A stretch of 64,000 bases of DNA from an uncultured Verrucomicrobiae bacterium (GTDB taxonomy: Bacteria > Verrucomicrobiota > Verrucomicrobiia > Chthoniobacterales > UBA10450), in the NCBI GenBank assembly GCA_963834385.1, contig CAWIBO010000002.1, forward strand, positions 576,001 through 640,000, written 5' to 3'. Below the pieces are notes generated by a model. That model was not told the origin of the DNA and did not search any database. It saw nothing but the letters and a program-made list of their open reading frames with translations. Shown piece after piece: positions 1-7,153 of this stretch (its first letter is position 1; the number at the start of each line of letters is the position of its first letter). The position numbers and the translations under genes are program-made.

Positions 1-800
1 AGCTCTTCGGCGGCGACCCCGGCCACATGGCCGAGGCCGCCCGCGCGGTGGTCGACTGGGTTCGCCCTGATTTCATCGACATCAATTTCGGTTGCCCGGT
101 GAACAAGGTGGTTTCCAAGAATGGCGGCTCGGCCCTGCTCAAGGATTGCCCGACCCTCGCAGCCGTGGCCGGCGCCGTGGTCAAAGCCGTCGCCCCTGTC
201 CCAGTCAGCGCCAAAATCCGGATTGGCTGGGACGAGCAGAGCGTGAACGCGCCGCGCGTCGCCCGCATCCTGGAAGAGTGCGGCATTGCCGCGGTGGCCG
301 TGCACGGCCGCACCCGCTCCCAGGGTTATTCCGGGGCGGCCGACTGGGACGTGATCGGGGAAGTGGCCGAGTCGGTCTCCGTGCCTGTGATCGGCAATGG
401 CGACATCTTCAGCGCGGCCGACGTGAAAAAACGCCGCGATCAAACCAAAATTGCCGGCATCATGATCGGGCGGGCGGCCATGACCGCCCCCTGGATTTTC
501 CGCGAGATCAAATCGTTCCTGGCCGACGGCACCCTGCCGCCGCCGCCTGCCCTCGAGGAAAAGTGGGCGCTCATTCGTCGCCACTGCGAAGCCACCGTGG
601 CGGCCTGGGGGGAGGAAGAGAAGGCGATGCGCTCACTCCGGGCCCGGCTCATGGCCTATTCCAAGGGGTTGCCCGAGAGCAAACAACTGCGCGAAAAATT
701 CCAGCAGGTCTCCTGGCTGTCGGACCTGGACCGAATTGCGGAGCAGCATCTCGCGCTGCACCGGGATGGGACCGCGACCGGCTACCCGGTCTTGGCGTAG
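1..800 (+). CDS. dusB: tRNA-dihydrouridine synthase (DusB-like), 5'-truncated by window edge
   Basis: Motifs QLFGGDP, IDINFGCP, KIRIGWD, VHGRTR, IGNGDI, MIGRAA; reading frame is open to the window start. Confidence 0.9.
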   Translation, partial: LFGGDPGHMAEAARAVVDWVRPDFIDINFGCPVNKVVSKNGGSALLKDCPTLAAVAGAVVKAVAPVPVSAKIRIGWDEQSVNAPRVARILEECGIAAVAVHGRTRSQGYSGAADWDVIGEVAESVSVPVIGNGDIFSAADVKKRRDQTKIAGIMIGRAAMTAPWIFREIKSFLADGTLPPPPALEEKWALIRRHCEATVAAWGEEEKAMRSLRARLMAYSKGLPESKQLREKFQQVSWLSDLDRIAEQHLALHRDGTATGYPVLA

Positions 801-1336
801 ACGCCGATGAGCGGATATTTGCAGCGCCACTTGCTTTTGTAGTCGCTGACGAATCCGTTCCGGGTCCGAATTTCCACGTGGCCGGCGCCGCCACTGCCCT
901 TGCCATAAACGAGGACCGACCCGAGCGGGGCGGAGTAGGGATCACGCACCGAAAGTTTCTTGAAGCCATGCTTCTGCACCAGCTCGGTCGCGGCCTGGTA
1001 GGCGTAGTTCGTTTTCGGGTAATAATCGACCACACCGGCGGCGAGCAGGGCCTGCTTCACATATTGCCAGCAGCGGGCCTTGGTCCGGGCATTGGCGCGC
1101 TCCTGCGCAATCGTGGCCGCCTTGAAGAGGCGCGGATCGATGCTTCGGTCCACCCGGGCCGGGGGACGCACCACCGGCACCCGGCGGTAAGTCCGGATGA
1201 TGTGGGCCGATCGAATCTGGCCCGGCCGAACCTCATAATAGAAGCGGCTCTTCGAGGGCTTGAGCCCGGCGGCGTTCGTGCCCTGGGCCAGGCCCAGGAG
1301 GAGAGAAAGAAGCAGGAGAGGAAAAATGCGACGCAC
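782..1336 (-). CDS. Secreted basic protein with Cys-His dyad, CHAP/NlpC-P60-like amidase fold (paralog 1)
   Basis: Signal peptide; RCWQYVKQAL...LVYG...GHVEIRT...FVSDY; closely similar to 1449-2027. Confidence 0.6.
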   Translation of the reverse strand: MRRIFPLLLLSLLLGLAQGTNAAGLKPSKSRFYYEVRPGQIRSAHIIRTYRRVPVVRPPARVDRSIDPRLFKAATIAQERANARTKARCWQYVKQALLAAGVVDYYPKTNYAYQAATELVQKHGFKKLSVRDPYSAPLGSVLVYGKGSGGAGHVEIRTRNGFVSDYKSKWRCKYPLIGVYAKTG

Positions 1337-1348
1337 GAGCCCTGTTTA

Positions 1349-1364
1349 TGCAAGCCGCGTGCCA
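1349..1364 (-). promoter_or_regulatory. Sigma-54 (-24/-12) promoter
   Basis: Minus strand reads TGGCAC-GCGGC-TTGCA, an exact match to the TGGCAC-N5-TTGC consensus, ending 12 nt before the GTG at 1336. Confidence 0.75.
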
Positions 1365-1448
1365 TTATGACAAGCGGTTTTCGTATTCGCCGGAAAATTT
1401 TATAAAGCCTGGGGGCCCCGGCTGGCCCGCGAGCCGGCTAAACCGGGA

Positions 1449-2027
1449 TCAGGCCTTGGTCAGGACGGCAATGAGCGGCCGGCGCGATGGCTTGGGCGAG
1501 CGGAAATCGCTCACAAAACCGGTCGGGGTGCGAAACTCGATGTGCCCGGCTGCGCGGCGCGAACCGTAGACCAGGACCGAGCCGACGGGGGCGGCGTAAG
1601 GGTCGCGAATGGGCAGCCGTTTGAAGCCGAAATCGCGCACCAGTTCATCAGCCGCCTGCTTGGCGTAGGCGGTCTTCGGGCGGGAATTGACCACGCCGGC
1701 GGCGATCAGCGCCTCCTTGACGTAGCGCCAGCAACGCGACTTGGACCGGGCATGGGCCCTTTCCTGGGCGATGGTGGCCGCGCGCATGAGGCGGGGATCG
1801 ATCCGGCGATCAACCCGCGCCACCGGGCGGGCAATCTTCCGGCCATGGTATCTCTCCACAATCGGCGCCGAGACGACCCGGCCACTCTGGTCCTTGAAGA
1901 CAAAACGAGCCGCGACGGGCTTTTTCTTGCTGGTTGTCGGCACCACACGGCTGGCGGCCTCCGCGAGAGGCGCCAAAAACAGGAGCAGAGAACCGCAAAC
2001 GATAGCTAGGGGGGTAGTTACTCGCAT
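1449..2027 (-). CDS. Secreted basic protein with Cys-His dyad, CHAP/NlpC-P60-like amidase fold (paralog 2)
   Basis: Signal peptide; RCWRYVKEAL...LVYG...GHIEFRT...FVSDF. Confidence 0.6.
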   Translation of the reverse strand: MRVTTPLAIVCGSLLLFLAPLAEAASRVVPTTSKKKPVAARFVFKDQSGRVVSAPIVERYHGRKIARPVARVDRRIDPRLMRAATIAQERAHARSKSRCWRYVKEALIAAGVVNSRPKTAYAKQAADELVRDFGFKRLPIRDPYAAPVGSVLVYGSRRAAGHIEFRTPTGFVSDFRSPKPSRRPLIAVLTKA

Positions 2028-2157
2028 TCGGAGCGCTCCTTATCGCGGTTATGAGAGCGAGACGCAACCGTTTTTTTGCTCGAAAAGTATGTTCCCCGGG
2101 TGGGGTATTTTACCGGCTTGCCCTGGTCGCCCGGTTCCGGGTATTCTGGCCGGTTAC

Positions 2158-3801
2158 ATGAAGAAGGTGGCGGCCTGGACTCTGTCCATTTTTCTTGTTT
2201 CCTCTGCCTGGCTCCCCGGGAAAGAGCCTCTCTATGAGGGCCTTGGAGCTTATGCGCGCAAAGTCACGACCGATTCGCGGGAGGCGCAGCGCTATTTCAA
2301 CCAGGGCCTGGCCTTCCTGCACGGATTCAACCACAGCGCCGCCATCCGTTCCTTCGAGGAGGCGGTCCGCCTCGATCCCGCCTGCGCCATGGCCCATTGG
2401 GGGATTGCCCTTGCCAGCGGCCCGCACATCAATTTCCCGCTGGTGCCCCCGGAAGCGGCCGCCCGGGCCTGGAAACATATCGAGCTGGCCCGGGCCCATG
2501 CTGATTCCTCCGCCACCCCGGTGGAACGTGACCTGATCGAGGCCCAGGCCCGGCGCTACGCCAATCCGCCGCCGGAAGACCGCGCCCTGCTCGACCAGGC
2601 TTACTCCGAGGCGATGCGGACGCTCTGGCAAAAATACCCGGACGACGCCGACGTGGGGGTCTTCTTCGCCGAAGCCCTCATGAACCTGCGACCCTGGGAC
2701 CAGTGGACCCCGGAAGGCCAGGCGCAACCCGGGACCGACGAGGTGCTGGCCACCCTGGAAACGGTCATGAAACTCAATCCGCGGCACCCGTTCGCCAACC
2801 ATCTTTACATCCATGCGGTGGAAGCCTCGCCCAACCCGGAGCGTGCCGATGCCGCGGCGGCGCGCCTGCGCGACCTGCAACCGGGCCTGGCTCACAACGT
2901 GCACATGCCGTCGCACATCGACATTCGGCGCGGCCGCTGGCACGAGGCCATCGCCACCAACGAAAAGGCGGTCAACGCCGACCGTTCCTACCGGCAGCTC
3001 TCGGCCAAGGCCACGGGGATGGTGCCGATTTACGCCGCGCACAACCGACACATGCTCGCCTACGCCGCGCTCATGACCGGCCAACGCGAACTCGCCCTTC
3101 GGCATATCCGTCGGCTGGTGGAGGAGATCCCGGCTGATTACCTGAAAGAGAATGCCGCCATGACCGAGGGGTTTGTGGCCATGCCGCTGGAGGTCCTGGT
3201 GCGGTTTGGGCGCTGGGACGATATTCTTGCCGAGCCGGTCAATTACCCCGATCACATGCCGTTTACCCGGGCCTTTCACCATGCCGCCCGGGCCACCGCC
3301 CTTGCCGCCAAGGGTGAACCGGGGAAGGCGCGCGCCGAGCAGGCCCTCTTCCGCGCGGCGCAAACGAAGGTGCCGGATGAGCATTATCTGGGGAACAATC
3401 CGTGCGCGGCCGTGCTCGCGGTGGCGGAGCGAATGCTCGAGGGCGAAATCCTCCTCGCGGAGAAGAAAACGGAGCCCGGCCTGGCCGCGCTGCGGGAAGG
3501 CCTCAAACTGGAGGACGCGCTCAAGTATGATGAGCCGCCCGGCTGGATGATTCCCCTGCGGCACGTCATCGGCGCCACCCTCTTGCGGCAGGAACGGTTT
3601 ACGGAAGCGGAGGATGTTTACCGGGAAGACTTGAAACGGTTACCCGGCAACGGCTGGTCGCTCTACGGCCTGAGCGAGGCGCTCCGCGGCCAGAAGAACA
3701 AGGCGAAGGAAGCCGGGCAGGTCAGCCGCCAGTTCCAGAACGTCTGGGCCAAGGCCGACATCAAGATCAACAATTCCTGCCTTTGCCAGCCGCGGGGCTG
3801 A
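2158..3801 (+). CDS. Exported TPR-repeat protein with conserved His motifs
   Basis: Start reassigned to the ATG at 2158 (MKKVAAW signal peptide); TPR-like helices; ANHLYIHAVEAS, HNVHMPSHI, C-terminal SCLCQP. Confidence 0.75.
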   Translation: MKKVAAWTLSIFLVSSAWLPGKEPLYEGLGAYARKVTTDSREAQRYFNQGLAFLHGFNHSAAIRSFEEAVRLDPACAMAHWGIALASGPHINFPLVPPEAAARAWKHIELARAHADSSATPVERDLIEAQARRYANPPPEDRALLDQAYSEAMRTLWQKYPDDADVGVFFAEALMNLRPWDQWTPEGQAQPGTDEVLATLETVMKLNPRHPFANHLYIHAVEASPNPERADAAAARLRDLQPGLAHNVHMPSHIDIRRGRWHEAIATNEKAVNADRSYRQLSAKATGMVPIYAAHNRHMLAYAALMTGQRELALRHIRRLVEEIPADYLKENAAMTEGFVAMPLEVLVRFGRWDDILAEPVNYPDHMPFTRAFHHAARATALAAKGEPGKARAEQALFRAAQTKVPDEHYLGNNPCAAVLAVAERMLEGEILLAEKKTEPGLAALREGLKLEDALKYDEPPGWMIPLRHVIGATLLRQERFTEAEDVYREDLKRLPGNGWSLYGLSEALRGQKNKAKEAGQVSRQFQNVWAKADIKINNSCLCQPRG

Positions 3802-3843
3802 TCCGCGCTTGACCGGGGCGCCTCCGAGCCGGGCCGGACGCCG

Positions 3844-5328
3844 TTATTTGGCCAGCTCGTGCAGGAACTCGACGAATGACATGACCGCCCCGTCGTATCC
3901 CTGGATCTTCGGGTTGGTCGATTCGATCAGGTAATATTCGTCCGGCGCGTGCGCGCCCCCGCCGTGCCCAAGGCCAAAATGGCCGGCCGCCAGGTTGAGC
4001 GGTTCGCCGGTGAAAACGTATCCGGGCCATGAGCCCGCACTGCGCGGCCAGAGCAGCGGATCGAGCCCGGCCTTTTTGTAAACCGCCACCGCCGCCTTGA
4101 TCAGCGGCGCGTCCGCCGGCGTGCTGTTCGGATCGTAGCCGCCCGTCATTTTCACCTCGATATCGCCATAGCCCTTCTTTGCCAGGTGCGCCTTGAGCGC
4201 GGCAAAGGCTTCCTCCGCCTTCATCTCGGGCACCAGCCGCAGATCGAGCTTGGCCGAGGCCTTGTGCGGCAGGATGGTCATTCCCCCGGGCCCGGTGTAG
4301 CCGCCGTAAATGCCCTCGATGTTCACCGTCGGCGCAGAGACCAAACGCTCGAGCGAGCCCGCGAAGTCGGCGTCACGCGCCCATTTTTCCACTCCCAGCG
4401 ACTTTTTCACGTCCGCTTCGTTCTGGCGTTTGGCGCCTTCCGCCACCATTTGCTTCTCCTCCGCGGTCATCGGCCGGACCTTTGTCGTCAGGCCCTCAAT
4501 GGCCGGCTCGTTGCCATCCTCCGAGACCAGGGTGTTCAACGCCTTCACCAGGTGCCAGACCGGGCTGTCGAGACGCGCCTTGTTCGAGGAATGCACCGTC
4601 TTTTTCGGTCCGCGCCCCCATTTCTCACCGCTGGCGGTCAGTTCCACCTCGATGACCCCCTTGGCCCCGAGGTTGACCGTGACCGCGCCATCGGGACCCT
4701 GCGTCGCCGAGGGCATGAAAACGCCGATGGTCTTCGCCAGGGCCGCCTGCACCTCCGGTTGGCGCACCACTTCCGGGAAATTGGGCGACCCGATCTCTTC
4801 CTCTCCCTCGGCCACGAACACCAGGTTCACCGGCGATTTCTTCCCAGCGGCCTTGAGCGCGTGCAGCGCCGCGAGGAGGGCCGACTGCGGGCCTTTTTGG
4901 TTCACCGCCCCGCGGCCCATCATCACCTTGCCGAACCCGGGCTTGTCCACCAGCTGCGCTTCCCACGGCGGCGACGACCATTCGGAGGGATCAACCTGCT
5001 TCACGTCGTACATGAAATAGATCCCGACGGTCTTCGGCGCGCCGGCATCGAGCGTGGCGAACACGCCCGGCTTGCCCGATGTCTTCACCTGTTCCGCTTT
5101 CTGGAAGCCCGCTTCCTTGAGCAGCTTGATCATGTGCTCGGCGCCCTCGGGGAACCCGCGATCCTCCGCCGCGATGGAAATTTGTTTAACCCAGTCCTGC
5201 AGCCGCTGGATGTTCGCGTCGTGCTGCTCCGCCACCTTCGCCTTGACCGGTGCGAGATCGGCTTCGGCCCCGAAAATCGGGCCCGGGAGAAAGGAAAGAA
5301 GAGCGACGCAAAAAAGAACAGGCTTCAT
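3844..5328 (-). CDS. Exported M20/M25/M40 family metallopeptidase (ArgE/DapE-like)
   Basis: Signal peptide; MYDV, GRGAVNQKG, EGEEEIGS, GAKG, AHAPDEY. Confidence 0.85.
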   Translation of the reverse strand: MKPVLFCVALLSFLPGPIFGAEADLAPVKAKVAEQHDANIQRLQDWVKQISIAAEDRGFPEGAEHMIKLLKEAGFQKAEQVKTSGKPGVFATLDAGAPKTVGIYFMYDVKQVDPSEWSSPPWEAQLVDKPGFGKVMMGRGAVNQKGPQSALLAALHALKAAGKKSPVNLVFVAEGEEEIGSPNFPEVVRQPEVQAALAKTIGVFMPSATQGPDGAVTVNLGAKGVIEVELTASGEKWGRGPKKTVHSSNKARLDSPVWHLVKALNTLVSEDGNEPAIEGLTTKVRPMTAEEKQMVAEGAKRQNEADVKKSLGVEKWARDADFAGSLERLVSAPTVNIEGIYGGYTGPGGMTILPHKASAKLDLRLVPEMKAEEAFAALKAHLAKKGYGDIEVKMTGGYDPNSTPADAPLIKAAVAVYKKAGLDPLLWPRSAGSWPGYVFTGEPLNLAAGHFGLGHGGGAHAPDEYYLIESTNPKIQGYDGAVMSFVEFLHELAK

Positions 5329-5448
5329 GCCGGGTTATTTCCGCCTCCTTGCTTCCCGCCGCAAGAAAAGAAGAGCCGGAAAACGCGGCCTCGGCCGGCC
5401 GCGATTCCTCTTTCACTTTCCGCGCGGGACCGCGCAGAATGCCGGCCA

Positions 5449-5976
5449 ATGAACGCGCCCGGTATTTTTGCCCTGGAACGGCCCGACCCCGACCTGATGA
5501 AGGTTTACCTGCTCCGGGCGCTGCTCACCGGTCCCGGCGTTATTTTTTTCCTGCCCTGGCTCTTCTTTCGCTATCGCACGCTGCGTTACAAGTTCGACGA
5601 GGAAGGCGTGCACATGCGCGTGGGCGTTCTCTCCCGCCGCGAGGTCAACCTGACCTACGCGCGCATCCAGGACATCCATCTCCATTCCGGCATCATCCAG
5701 CGCTGGTTCGGCCTGGCCGACCTTCAGATCCAGACCGCTTCCGGGGCCAGCGGCGCCGAGATGGTGATTGAAGGCTTCAAGAATTTCGAAGCCATCCGCG
5801 ACTTTCTCTATTCGCGCATGCGCGGCGCGCGCGGGCTCGAGACCGGGAGCCAACCGGCGGTCGCCCCCGAGGAAACGGCCGGACCGGGGGACCGGGAGAT
5901 GGTGGAACTCCTGCACGGCATTCGCGATGAGCTGCGCCAGGTGCGCCAGAATCTTGCCCCGCCGGCCGCTCCATGA
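5449..5976 (+). CDS. Membrane protein with bacterial PH (bPH_2) domain, YdbS-like
   Basis: Start at ATG 5449; TM helix followed by YxFDEEG..RIQDI..IQRWFGLADLQIQTASG. Confidence 0.8.
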   Translation: MNAPGIFALERPDPDLMKVYLLRALLTGPGVIFFLPWLFFRYRTLRYKFDEEGVHMRVGVLSRREVNLTYARIQDIHLHSGIIQRWFGLADLQIQTASGASGAEMVIEGFKNFEAIRDFLYSRMRGARGLETGSQPAVAPEETAGPGDREMVELLHGIRDELRQVRQNLAPPAAP

Positions 5977-6731
5977 TCTTTCGCCTTTACCGCGAGGGCG
6001 CGGAACAGCTCCTGCGCATCCCCGGACCGCCGGCACCGCCGCCCGGGGACGACGCTTCGGCCCGCGTGTTCCAGGCTTCTCCCCGGTTCTATTGGTACCT
6101 GCTGGTGACCTGGCTGCTCCGCACGGTGATCGCCGTTATCGCCATTGCCCCCATGAGCGCGGTTCCCATCTTCGGAAGATTCCTGCGCTCAGTGGATGAT
6201 TTCTCACCGAATTTCATCCCGGGCCCGCCCCTTTTCCTGCTTGGTCTCATCCTGCTCCAGCGTTTCTGGGCTTTGGCGCTGCTGCGGCTGGACTTTGAAA
6301 AGCGCTACTACCTCGCGACCGATCGCAGCCTCCGCGTGCGGGAAGGCGTGACCCACGTGCGCGAGATGACCATTACCTTTGCCAACATCCAGAACATCTC
6401 GATCTCGCAGGGACCGTTGCAGCGCCTCTTTCGCATCGCCGACCTCCAGGTCGATACCGCCGGCGGGGGCGCCGGGAAGAAGAGCGATGACGAAAAGGAG
6501 GGCTCGCATGGCGTCCGGTTCCGCGGCGTGGATAACGCCGCCCAGATTCGCGACCTGATCAACGAACGGGTCCGGCGGCTCAAGGACGCCGGGTTGGGAG
6601 ACGTGGAAGAGCGCCAACGCCCTCGCCCGACGGCGCCGCCCGCGGCTTCCGCCGGCCTGATGGCCGCTCTCCGCGAGGTGCGCGAGGAAGCGCGCCGGCT
6701 GCGGGAAACGAGTGCCGCGCGGCCGCGCTGA
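5973..6731 (+). CDS. Membrane protein with bacterial PH (bPH_2) domain
   Basis: ATGA overlap with the previous gene; two TM helices; NIQNISISQGPLQRLFRIADLQVDTAGG. Confidence 0.8.
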   Translation: MIFRLYREGAEQLLRIPGPPAPPPGDDASARVFQASPRFYWYLLVTWLLRTVIAVIAIAPMSAVPIFGRFLRSVDDFSPNFIPGPPLFLLGLILLQRFWALALLRLDFEKRYYLATDRSLRVREGVTHVREMTITFANIQNISISQGPLQRLFRIADLQVDTAGGGAGKKSDDEKEGSHGVRFRGVDNAAQIRDLINERVRRLKDAGLGDVEERQRPRPTAPPAASAGLMAALREVREEARRLRETSAARPR

Positions 6732-6734
6732 AGT

Positions 6735-6787
6735 TCCTATTGACATTCTATAGGAGAACCGCATTCTCCTATAGAACAACTATATGA
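6735..6787 (+). promoter_or_regulatory. PadR operator region overlapping promoter
   Basis: Two boxes, TCCTAT-N9-ATAGGA (6735-6755) and TCCTAT-N9-ATATGA (6767-6787); perfect 13-bp inverted repeat at 6746-6758/6764-6776; TTGACA at 6740-6745. Confidence 0.7.
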
Positions 6788-7119
6788 AACAGCCGTCGCC
6801 CACCGGTCTCCTCCAGGGAACCCTCGATCTCCTCGTCCTCCAGGCCCTTTCCCCCCAGCCTCGTCATGGCCTCGGCGTTTCCGATCGAATCCGCCAGATC
6901 ACCCAGGGAACTTTTGTGGTCAAGCCAGGCTCGCTCTTCCCGGCCCTGCACCGGATGGAAGAGGCCGGCTGGCTGACCTCGAAGTGGGGCGAATCGGAAA
7001 ACAACCGCCGGGCCAAATTTTACACCCTCACCCGCGCCGGACGCCGACAGCTCGAGACCGAAACGGCGGACTGGCAACGGATCTCGCTCGCGATCGGGCA
7101 GGCGCTCCGGGCCATCTGA
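6784..7119 (+). CDS. PadR family transcriptional regulator (acidobacterial ADOP-associated type)
   Basis: LLQGTLDLLVL..HG...GSLFPALHRME..GW..WGESENNRRAKFY.LT.AG. Confidence 0.92.
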   Translation: MKQPSPTGLLQGTLDLLVLQALSPQPRHGLGVSDRIRQITQGTFVVKPGSLFPALHRMEEAGWLTSKWGESENNRRAKFYTLTRAGRRQLETETADWQRISLAIGQALRAI

Positions 7120-7153
7120 TGATCCCGACCGTTTCCACCCACACCTGCAACGC

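Noticed and set aside
1741..2157. Long N-terminal extensions in ORF-track calls (also those starting at 4186, 11776, 33629, 35701, 45000)
   Set aside because: Extensions overlap real genes on other frames or strands; downstream starts give proper signal peptides or family N-termini
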